Below the pieces are notes generated by a model, which was not told where the DNA came from, did not search any database, and saw only the letters and a list, made by a program, of their open reading frames with translations. From the IMG/VR virus record IMGVR_UViG_3300032248_001448, positions 1 through 45,186 of that record: a DNA stretch of 45,186 nucleotides; one strand, 5' to 3'. Source of the stretch: a virus (Duplodnaviria; Caudoviricetes). Below are positions 18,079 through 25,685 of the stretch, in pieces. The position numbers and the translations under genes are program-made. The first letter of the stretch is position 1. Each line of letters starts with the position of its first letter.

Positions 18079-19182
18079 ATGAAATTAAAACTAAAAGAAA
18101 CACCCGAACAAGTAGAGCTTATTAAAGCTATGGGAAGCAGAGATGCTTCTGTGGCTAAAGAAGCTTCTGAAGCTTTTGCTAGCTTTATTGGCCCAGTAGT
18201 TAACAAGGTTCTTCTAGAATCTGGTTCCGCCAGTATGGTCTATTCTGATCTTCCTTTCGACGAAGATGATAGTCCTTCAATCCCTCTAGATCTATGGCAT
18301 AACGAAAAAGAAGGTTATGTTAATGTTTGGAGTCAAAACGTAGCGGGCGGTCTGCCAACTTCAGTTGTAGAAGGATTTTCAGAAATGAAAGTCTCTACAT
18401 ATAGACTTGATAGCGCAGTCTCTTTTCTAAAAAGATATGCGCGTCGTGGACGTCTAGACGTAGTCAGCAAAGCAGTTGAGCGTATGGCTAATGAGGTTCT
18501 AGTGAAACAAGAACGTAACGCTTGGGCAGTCATTTTAAAAGCTTTGGCTACTGCTTCTACCCACGGACAAGATCATGTGGTCAGACCAACTGGTGGATCA
18601 GGCAGTGCTTCTAGAAAAGATCTTCGCTTAGGTCATTTGAACGCTCTTTTGACAAAAGTCAAAAGAATTAATACTTCTTATGCTGGTGGAAGCACAAATT
18701 CTTCTTATGGAGTTACCGATTTATTCGTAAGTCCAGAAGTAAAAGGCGATATTCGTGGATTTGCGTATAATCCAATTGGTAATAATGCTACAGAAACTGC
18801 TCCAGATAGCGTTAGAGAAAGTATCTATCGCGCAGCAGGAACTCAAGAAATATTTGGCATTTCAATCCATGAAATGGTTGAATTTGGCGTTGGTGGTAAA
18901 TACAATACTCTATTCAAGAGTTTATTTGCAGCTAATGATAATAATAAATTCAATGCCCAAGAAGACGAAGTACTCGTTGCTCTAGATCTTACGAAAGACG
19001 CCTTTGTAAGACCCGTCGCTAGAAATAGCGAAACAGGATCTACATTTACGGCTCTTCCTGACGATCAGTTCGTAACCCGTGCCGAAAAAATAGGCTTCTA
19101 CGGTTCTCTAGAAGAAGGCCGAGTCGCTTTAGACGGTAGGGCTGTATCTGGTATCGTATTAGATAAAACTTATAGCCTCTAA
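18079..19182 (+). CDS. Major capsid protein
   Basis: 367 aa, strong SD (AAAGGAG), followed by a terminator. DVVSKAVERMANEVLVKQE resembles the spine helix; VTDLFVSPE and GFYGSLEEG fit an HK97-fold pattern. Confidence 0.85.
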   Translation: MKLKLKETPEQVELIKAMGSRDASVAKEASEAFASFIGPVVNKVLLESGSASMVYSDLPFDEDDSPSIPLDLWHNEKEGYVNVWSQNVAGGLPTSVVEGFSEMKVSTYRLDSAVSFLKRYARRGRLDVVSKAVERMANEVLVKQERNAWAVILKALATASTHGQDHVVRPTGGSGSASRKDLRLGHLNALLTKVKRINTSYAGGSTNSSYGVTDLFVSPEVKGDIRGFAYNPIGNNATETAPDSVRESIYRAAGTQEIFGISIHEMVEFGVGGKYNTLFKSLFAANDNNKFNAQEDEVLVALDLTKDAFVRPVARNSETGSTFTALPDDQFVTRAEKIGFYGSLEEGRVALDGRAVSGIVLDKTYSL

Positions 19183-19201
19183 TAAATAGAGAGCTAGTAT
19201 T

Positions 19202-19237
19202 AAAAACCCGAAGGTTAATCCCTTCGGGTTTTTTTTT
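19202..19237 (+). terminator. Rho-independent terminator after the MCP gene
   Basis: AACCCGAAGG-ttaatc-CCTTCGGGTT perfect stem followed by a T run. Confidence 0.92.
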
Positions 19238-19264
19238 AGATAAATTTATAAAATACTATATAAT
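19236..19264 (+). promoter_or_regulatory. Sigma70-like promoter TTAGAT-N17-TATAAT
   Basis: TTAGAT 19236-19241 and TATAAT 19259-19264, then AGAGGT SD and ATG19283. Confidence 0.65.
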
Positions 19265-19282
19265 AAATGTAGAGGTAAAAAT

Positions 19283-19618
19283 ATGCCAAAAAAAACAACT
19301 AAAAATAGTCAGACCCATGGTAAAGTAGAGACTCCAAATTCATTAGATCAAATTTGGGGAGACACTGGTATTTCAAAGTATGGAACCCTAAATTTAGAAG
19401 AATATAAAAAATTTTTAAATGATTTAAATAAAAGCGATTTGCAGGCGCACGCTAACAAAATAGGTTTAATCCCTATCGATGATACACTAACTTTAAAACA
19501 AAGACTAGAAAGAGAATTTGTAAAACACGCCGCGACCTATACGGCTAAAAGCGCCTTTGATCAAAAACAAGAGCTCATATCGAAAGAAGCCAAAGATATT
19601 TTGGCTGAAGGAAAATAA
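19283..19618 (+). CDS. Small protein with a possible Rho-N/SAP-like helix-extension-helix motif
   Basis: LNDLNKSDLQAHANKIGL...LKQRL pattern; has its own promoter and SD. Confidence 0.55.
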   Translation: MPKKTTKNSQTHGKVETPNSLDQIWGDTGISKYGTLNLEEYKKFLNDLNKSDLQAHANKIGLIPIDDTLTLKQRLEREFVKHAATYTAKSAFDQKQELISKEAKDILAEGK

Positions 19619-19638
19619 TTTAAAATTTTAAAATAATA

Positions 19639-19645
19639 GTGTAAT
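19639..19645 (+). promoter_or_regulatory. Putative late promoter GTGTAAT (head-tail connector operon)
   Basis: Exact motif 7 nt before ATG19653. Confidence 0.7.
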
Positions 19646-19652
19646 AACTATT

Positions 19653-20174
19653 ATGCCTATTTCTACAAACGATATTGCTAACGAATTATATAGCGAACTA
19701 AATCGCCCAGAAGACACAAGCGTTCCGGTAATTTCTTATTGGTTAAAATCTAATATTGGAGATTTAAATATTTTAATTAATAAAAATTATATAGTAAATC
19801 AAATCACCCTCGCAATTACGTCTTCTGACGAAAATGAAGCATTTGGATTTAGAGAAAAAAGTATTTTTAAAATGATATATATGATTCATTTTTACGAAAG
19901 ACTTTTCAGAAATTCTTTAGGCGCAGCTAGTGTAGATAGCGTAGTAAGCGTAACTGACGATGGAAGTACCGTCGTTAAAATAAATAAAAATGAAATTGCG
20001 AAAAATTATTCTCAATTAAGAAAACAAATTAATGAAGAATTGATGGTTTTGACAAAAAATTATAATTTGAATGAATCCAAACCGATGCAGGTAGCAGGGG
20101 ACGACACCATTCCTGGCCCAACTTCTGCCGTTACTTATGGAAATTTGGTAAGAACAATAGAGGGATCAATCTAA
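19653..20174 (+). CDS. Putative head-tail adaptor
   Basis: Synteny after the MCP; helical with a beta-hairpin (SVTDDGSTVVKIN). Confidence 0.55.
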   Translation: MPISTNDIANELYSELNRPEDTSVPVISYWLKSNIGDLNILINKNYIVNQITLAITSSDENEAFGFREKSIFKMIYMIHFYERLFRNSLGAASVDSVVSVTDDGSTVVKINKNEIAKNYSQLRKQINEELMVLTKNYNLNESKPMQVAGDDTIPGPTSAVTYGNLVRTIEGSI

Positions 20175-20188
20175 ATGATTTATTTAAT

Positions 20189-20632
20189 ATGGCTAGTTTA
20201 TTAAATGAAACGGAAAAAAATAATCTAACTCCCTTAATAGAGGATTTATTCGATACTTTTGCGAGAGATATAACTATACATAAAGAGCCGAAGAAAATAA
20301 TTAAAAATAATTTAAATAAAACGCTAGTTGGGTATCAAGACGGGTCAATTCAGCAAAATATAGAATATATTCCAGAAAAAAGAACGTTTAAGGCTAAAAT
20401 AAAATACCAAACAGAACAAGATTTAAAAAATTTACTTACCTTAAATTATGATATAAGTAAAGGGATTGTGAAAATGAAAGTTAGAAAAGATGCAAGAGAT
20501 TATATATTAAATGGATCAAAAACAGAAAAAATAGAAATAGATGGTTTATTTTTTAATTTAATCACAGATGAATCTGTCAAAAAATTTTTTAATACAACAT
20601 ATTACGTTTTCTTTTTAGAAAGAACAAAGTAA
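20189..20632 (+). CDS. Putative head closure/stopper protein
   Basis: Synteny; beta-rich, with KIEIDGLFFNL and a terminal YVFFLER typical of stopper folds. Confidence 0.55.
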   Translation: MASLLNETEKNNLTPLIEDLFDTFARDITIHKEPKKIIKNNLNKTLVGYQDGSIQQNIEYIPEKRTFKAKIKYQTEQDLKNLLTLNYDISKGIVKMKVRKDARDYILNGSKTEKIEIDGLFFNLITDESVKKFFNTTYYVFFLERTK

Positions 20633-21201
20633 TGAATAAAATAAATTTTAATTCTATTCGGACAAAAGCTTCTAAGGTGAAAAAAATAGAAATTAAAGCC
20701 GATGAGATTGTAAGAAAAAAATTAATAAAAAATAAAGAAGAATTTTTAACGGAATTTGATAATCATTTAGTTACGAAAGAAATAGAAGCTGGGCCAGGCG
20801 GAAATAACATTTCGAATACTTTAAATGGTAAAGGAAATCTGTTTAGTTTTATAGGTTTTATTAAATCAGAAAATCCAATAGAAGAATTAAGATCGTTTTT
20901 AGACCAAAATTTTTCTTTTAAAAAATCTAAGTTAAATAATAAATTAAATTATATTATTAGTTATCCGAACCTAGAAAAAATTAAACAAATTACTCCTATG
21001 CCTTGGGAAGGCGGAAATAGTTGGGCAATTTCTATAGAAAGAGGAATATCTGGTTTAAGCTATTATTTAGCTAATAAATTTGCAGATAAAAGTAGGTCTG
21101 GTACTGGGCTACAAGCTAAAAATAAAATAAATAATTTAAATTATAGACCCGTAGGATATCTTTCTGAAATAATTAAAAATTTTAAAAAAAAATTTAAATG
21201 A
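20632..21201 (+). CDS. Putative neck/tail completion protein
   Basis: Synteny; basic protein, GNLFSFIGF, WAISIERG. Confidence 0.5.
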   Translation: MNKINFNSIRTKASKVKKIEIKADEIVRKKLIKNKEEFLTEFDNHLVTKEIEAGPGGNNISNTLNGKGNLFSFIGFIKSENPIEELRSFLDQNFSFKKSKLNNKLNYIISYPNLEKIKQITPMPWEGGNSWAISIERGISGLSYYLANKFADKSRSGTGLQAKNKINNLNYRPVGYLSEIIKNFKKKFK

Positions 21202-22037
21202 GAACGCAAATAGATAATATTTTAATGTCCAGTATGATACTTTGGATGGATAATAAAATCTTATCCAAGGGGGAAGCTTTTACCAATTATGGAAGTTTAT
21301 TTTATGAATCTAATAATTCATTTAATGATTTAAAAAATTTTACTTTACCATTTAGACAAATTGTAGCAGATTCTTCAATAACTAACGCAAATATATTAAG
21401 TGGCGTTTATATTGATGGAGAATATTCTGCAATTGGTGAAAATGGATTCTCTGGAATAGATCCATATAAATCTACCATATATTTAAATGATAATATTAAT
21501 TACAATGAAATATCTGGAAATTATGCGGTAAAAGATTTCAATATATATCTAGCGTCCGATACCGAAGAGAAAATATTATTCGAAACTCAATATAAAATTA
21601 GACCTAAAACTAGTCAAAATCCAACAGGAATTTCTAATGATTCTATAACTTATCCAGCTATATTTTTGAAACATAATTATTCTAGAAATAAGCCATTTTC
21701 TTTTGGTGGAGAAGATATGACTTCTATAAATATAAGAGCATATATTTTAGCAGATAATTTATTTAGCCTTGACGCGGTTAATTCAATATTAAGAGATACT
21801 AATTCGACTTATGTCCCCCTAATAAACGATTTTCCTACAGATTCGTTTGGTTGCATTAATAATGGCTATTATAACTATCATAGTTTATACGATCCAAATA
21901 ATATATCAAATATGGGATTTTATATATCAGAGGTAAATATATCTAAATTAGATCGCCTCGATAATGAACTTAATCCTAAAACATATTCTAGTATAATATA
22001 TTTTACTCTAGAAAATATTCGACATCCAAGATCTTAA
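21198..22037 (+). CDS. Putative tail terminator
   Basis: Immediately upstream of the tail tube; YPAIFL motif typical of terminator folds. Confidence 0.55.
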   Translation: MRTQIDNILMSSMILWMDNKILSKGEAFTNYGSLFYESNNSFNDLKNFTLPFRQIVADSSITNANILSGVYIDGEYSAIGENGFSGIDPYKSTIYLNDNINYNEISGNYAVKDFNIYLASDTEEKILFETQYKIRPKTSQNPTGISNDSITYPAIFLKHNYSRNKPFSFGGEDMTSINIRAYILADNLFSLDAVNSILRDTNSTYVPLINDFPTDSFGCINNGYYNYHSLYDPNNISNMGFYISEVNISKLDRLDNELNPKTYSSIIYFTLENIRHPRS

Positions 22038-22072
22038 AATTATAAAAATAACTTCTCATAATTAATTTGTTA

Positions 22073-22079
22073 CTGTAAT
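22073..22079 (+). promoter_or_regulatory. Putative late promoter, variant CTGTAAT (tail tube)
   Basis: Intergenic, 24 nt before ATG22104, followed by SD CAGGAG. Confidence 0.6.
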
Positions 22080-22103
22080 TATAAATATACAGGAGATTTT
22101 ACT

Positions 22104-23174
22104 ATGGCAAGAAAAAGAGTAATTTATCAAAGCGAAGCCCTTTTCGTTGGACCAACGGGTTCAAATGCTACGGTGGCGGCTAATAATAAACAATTAAATA
22201 GAGTTCAAAGCGCGAATTATAATTTTGATATCGCTCGTAAAGATGTCAATCAATATGGTAATTTGGCGGCGATTGATCGTATTATCGTAGAGCAACCCAA
22301 GGTAGAATTAGATTTTACTTATTATGCAAATAGTGGTGAAAATGAAAAAAATATTGGCCTAGCCCTTTCTAACGGAGACTCCTCTGTTTCTGCTCTTTCT
22401 AATATTTTAACTGGTAAAGTAGATACAGACCCAGTTAATTTTTACATCTTAACTTCGCCAGAAGGTTCAGATGCAAATATCGCTGGATGGACTCAAACTG
22501 ATGGCCAAACGATTGGCGTAGGGAATGCTTCTATTACCTCTTATCAAATCGAAGCCTCAGTCGGAAATATTCCTACAGTTTCTGTCAAAGCTGAAGCGCT
22601 AAATATGAATTTTGTAAATGCAATCAGTGGCTCTGAAAATCCTGCAATTAATCCAGAAAATGGTTCAAGCTTAGGAATTGGATTCACTCTACCTACCCCT
22701 GTTAGCGGCTCAGGATACAGTGCATTGCGCCCAGGAGATATTACTGTCACGTTAAATAATGGGACCATTGGCTTAGTAGAAACCGACTTAAAAGTGCAAA
22801 AAGTTTCTGTTAGTTTGGATATTAAAAGAGATCCAATTCAAAAATTAGGCAGCAGATTTGCATTTACTAGAGAAGTAACGTACCCCGTCGTAGCAAAAAT
22901 GTCCGTAGATGCAATCATCGGTTCTGCTCAGGCCGCAACGCTATCAAATGTATTAAGCACTGATAATGATTATACAGTATCGATGAAATTAAACGCTCCG
23001 GGCTCTACGAGCGTAAGGGCTTTAAAATATACATTGAAAAAAGCCAAACTTGATTCCGAGCAATTTAGCTCTAAAATTGGCGATAATAAAAGCGTGTCTT
23101 TGACGTTCTCGACTCAAATCGGCGGCCCAAATGATACTGCTGCTGGTCTATTCATAGATGGTCCTAGCGCTTAA
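22104..23174 (+). CDS. Major tail (tube) protein
   Basis: Strong SD and a downstream terminator. RVQSANYNFDIARKDVNQYG and KVQKVSVSLDIKRDPIQKLG indicate a duplicated tube fold. Confidence 0.8.
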   Translation: MARKRVIYQSEALFVGPTGSNATVAANNKQLNRVQSANYNFDIARKDVNQYGNLAAIDRIIVEQPKVELDFTYYANSGENEKNIGLALSNGDSSVSALSNILTGKVDTDPVNFYILTSPEGSDANIAGWTQTDGQTIGVGNASITSYQIEASVGNIPTVSVKAEALNMNFVNAISGSENPAINPENGSSLGIGFTLPTPVSGSGYSALRPGDITVTLNNGTIGLVETDLKVQKVSVSLDIKRDPIQKLGSRFAFTREVTYPVVAKMSVDAIIGSAQAATLSNVLSTDNDYTVSMKLNAPGSTSVRALKYTLKKAKLDSEQFSSKIGDNKSVSLTFSTQIGGPNDTAAGLFIDGPSA

Positions 23175-23193
23175 TTATAAATAAATTATACAG

Positions 23194-23230
23194 TAAAACG
23201 GCGTAATGAAAATTGCGCCGTTTTATTTTT
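23194..23230 (+). terminator. Rho-independent terminator after the tail tube gene
   Basis: TAAAACGGCGTAAT-GAAA-ATTGCGCCGTTTTA (one G-U pair, GNRA loop), then TTTTT. Confidence 0.9.
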
Positions 23231-23249
23231 AGACTATTAAATTAAATTT

Positions 23250-23256
23250 GTGTAAT
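23250..23256 (+). promoter_or_regulatory. Putative late promoter GTGTAAT
   Basis: Exact motif just after the terminator, 26 nt before ATG23283. Confidence 0.7.
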
Positions 23257-23282
23257 ATAAATTAAGGTATAAGGCTTAATTT

Positions 23283-23582
23283 ATGGAATCTGAAAAAAAT
23301 AATGTCAGAGATTACATAATATTTCAAATTCATAGAAATATTATAAATTTATATAAAAGATATCTTAATCTAATTGAGGATTTACAAGAAGAACATCTGA
23401 ATATGCTTAATAAACTAAGCAAAAAGAATGATATCGAGACTTTAAAATCAATAGATTATTTTGATGAAAATAAATATAATTATATTCGCAAAAGAATATT
23501 AGATCTTGGAAACGAGTCCTTAAGAGAAATAGAAAAAAATTTTGAATTTCTAGACTTAAATATAAAAAATGAAAAAAAATAA
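23283..23582 (+). CDS. Hypothetical helical protein in the tail operon
   Basis: Open frame after the promoter motif with a TAAGG SD. Confidence 0.7.
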   Translation: MESEKNNVRDYIIFQIHRNIINLYKRYLNLIEDLQEEHLNMLNKLSKKNDIETLKSIDYFDENKYNYIRKRILDLGNESLREIEKNFEFLDLNIKNEKK

Positions 23583-23841
23583 ACAAACATTTAATTTCAA
23601 CATAAGAGACGTCATCCAAGCTAATCTTGGCCTACAAACTGTTCAAAGGACTTTGGAAAAAAGTTTTGGTCTTTATAAATTCGACGTAAATACAATTTTA
23701 GATAATAAATATATTAATAATTTTAATAAATGGGACGAAGATAAAAAAAGCCTTTTTATCTCTACTATAGGGGGTAAGGCAAATTTTTATAAAACAAAAA
23801 AATTTATTGAAACTAAATTAATTGAGGAAAATAAATTATGA
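23569..23841 (+). CDS. Hypothetical protein
   Basis: Overlaps both neighbours and fills the gap between them. Confidence 0.65.
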   Translation: MKKNKQTFNFNIRDVIQANLGLQTVQRTLEKSFGLYKFDVNTILDNKYINNFNKWDEDKKSLFISTIGGKANFYKTKKFIETKLIEENKL

Positions 23842-24644
23842 ATCCAGAAAAATACTTATACGAATTTTCTTTGCAAAAAGAAGAAGAGAGAGAAAAAGTT
23901 GAAATTTCTAAAAATGAATTAGGCGAAGAAATAAAAATTTTAAAAAAAGAAATAGTAAAAAAGCCTCTACTTTTTAGGATTGTTAAGCCTACCAGAAAGG
24001 TTTTTGACCAAGCAGAATTATTTTATGGAGTTAAACTATCTGAAGGAATAAAATCTGGATTATTGACTAGATCGCTTTTGGCTAAAAGATATCAAAATGA
24101 CGGCGGAGCTTTAAGTGAGCCAGAAAAAGAAAGATATGCAGCTTTATATATAGAACTTTTTCAAAAAGAAACAGAGCTCCAACGATTACAAGTTAATTTA
24201 GATAAACTTTCAGAAGAGGAGCAGAAAGAAAAAATCTCAATAGTTCTAAATAGTCTTTTAGAGATAAGAAAAGAGCTCCAAGAATTTGAGTATTATCAAT
24301 CTAATTTATTTGACCAGACCGCAGAGAACAGGGCCAGAAACCAAACCATAATATGGTGGGTGCTAAATATTTCATACATCCAGAAAGAAAAAGAGTTCGT
24401 TTCATTATTTGAGACCGGATCCTTCGAAGAAAGATTAGCTAAATATGATGAAATTGAAGACGGAGAAGATTTATTTTTAAAAAATGCCGTTAAAAAATTT
24501 GCTTACTTTATAAGTCTTTGGTATGTAGGCAGAATTTCTAATAAAGAAGAGTTTGAATATTTCGATAAAAACTATGAGAATAATAATTCTTATACTCCAA
24601 TTGTCGAAAAATCGGAGAAAGATACCAAAGAAGAGCAAAAGTGA
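23838..24644 (+). CDS. Putative tail assembly chaperone
   Basis: Acidic coiled-coil protein between tail tube and tape measure. Confidence 0.5.
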   Translation: MNPEKYLYEFSLQKEEEREKVEISKNELGEEIKILKKEIVKKPLLFRIVKPTRKVFDQAELFYGVKLSEGIKSGLLTRSLLAKRYQNDGGALSEPEKERYAALYIELFQKETELQRLQVNLDKLSEEEQKEKISIVLNSLLEIRKELQEFEYYQSNLFDQTAENRARNQTIIWWVLNISYIQKEKEFVSLFETGSFEERLAKYDEIEDGEDLFLKNAVKKFAYFISLWYVGRISNKEEFEYFDKNYENNNSYTPIVEKSEKDTKEEQK

Positions 24645-25645
24645 ATTTTCTTGAAAAAGAAATTCAATTAACAAGAAAATTATATCGAGATATCCTCAAT
24701 GGATATAGTTGTTTTAATTTTAAAAATAAAAAAATTTATTTCAAACATTTAAAAGAAATTGATCTAGGGAAATGTAATGAAATTTATCTAGAACATTTTA
24801 AAAAAGCTAAAGAGCAAGGGCTATTAGAAACTAAAGACAAACTAAAAATTTTAGAAGAAAATGGAGATTGGAGCAAAGAGAAAGATACTAAAATAAATCT
24901 ATTAGTTGAAGAAATCGATAATTTATCTCAAACTAAAAATAAATTAATTATAAAATCACAAATAGAAGAATTTAATAAAAAAATAAAAATTTTATCAGAT
25001 GAATTAACTTCTTTAGAAAACGAAAAAAAAACTTTATTAGGTTTAACTGCAGAAAATTTTGCCGATAAAAAATCTAATGAATATATTATATATTTAAGTT
25101 TTTATCACGACCCCTCTCTTACTCAAAAAGCATTTAAAGACGAAGAAGAGTTCGAAGATTTAGATATCCATAATTTAGCTGAATATTTTTATTTGTATAA
25201 AGATTTAATTATTGAATTATCTGATAAAAATTTAAAAAAGATTGCCGTGTGTCCATTTTTTTTAAATTATTATTTTTTATGCGCAGGAAATCCATTTTTT
25301 TATTATGGTAAAAGTATAGTCGATCTTACAAAATACCAGCTAGATCTATTCACCTTAGGGAAAAATTATGAAGGTATTTTAACTCGTACAGGAAAAAATC
25401 CGCCAGAATACATAAAAACATTGCAAGAACTTGTAGAATGGTATGAAAATAATGGATTTCTTAAAAATATTCAAGAGAAAAATAAAGACCAAATAGGCCA
25501 AACTTACATTGGAGCTTCTAAAGAAGAATTAAAAGAATTGGCCTCCAATAGTAAAGAAGAGGTAATAGATTTGCTTGAAGAAGCTAAAAAGTTCAATAGA
25601 GATTTATCTTTTGATGATATATTAAAAATTCATGGAGAAAAATAA
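24641..25645 (+). CDS. Putative tail assembly chaperone (second)
   Basis: Directly upstream of the tape measure; GTGA overlap with the previous gene. Confidence 0.5.
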   Translation: MNFLEKEIQLTRKLYRDILNGYSCFNFKNKKIYFKHLKEIDLGKCNEIYLEHFKKAKEQGLLETKDKLKILEENGDWSKEKDTKINLLVEEIDNLSQTKNKLIIKSQIEEFNKKIKILSDELTSLENEKKTLLGLTAENFADKKSNEYIIYLSFYHDPSLTQKAFKDEEEFEDLDIHNLAEYFYLYKDLIIELSDKNLKKIAVCPFFLNYYFLCAGNPFFYYGKSIVDLTKYQLDLFTLGKNYEGILTRTGKNPPEYIKTLQELVEWYENNGFLKNIQEKNKDQIGQTYIGASKEELKELASNSKEEVIDLLEEAKKFNRDLSFDDILKIHGEK

Positions 25646-25656
25646 TTGAAAATTAT

Positions 25657-25663
25657 GTGTAAT
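25657..25663 (+). promoter_or_regulatory. Putative late promoter GTGTAAT (tape measure)
   Basis: Exact motif 22 nt before ATG25686, followed by TAAGGAG. Confidence 0.7.
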
Positions 25664-25685
25664 AATATTAAAGGATTTAAGGAGT

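Noticed and set aside
19173-19196. Second hairpin overlapping the MCP stop codon
   Set aside because: Imperfect and AT-rich; the adjacent strong hairpin already explains termination.
21198-23174. Contractile tail sheath
   Set aside because: No sheath-sized gene next to the tube and no recognisable baseplate wedge genes in the window.
23569-23582. A8 run as a tail-chaperone -1 frameshift site
   Set aside because: The downstream ORF is in the +1 frame and has its own ATG.
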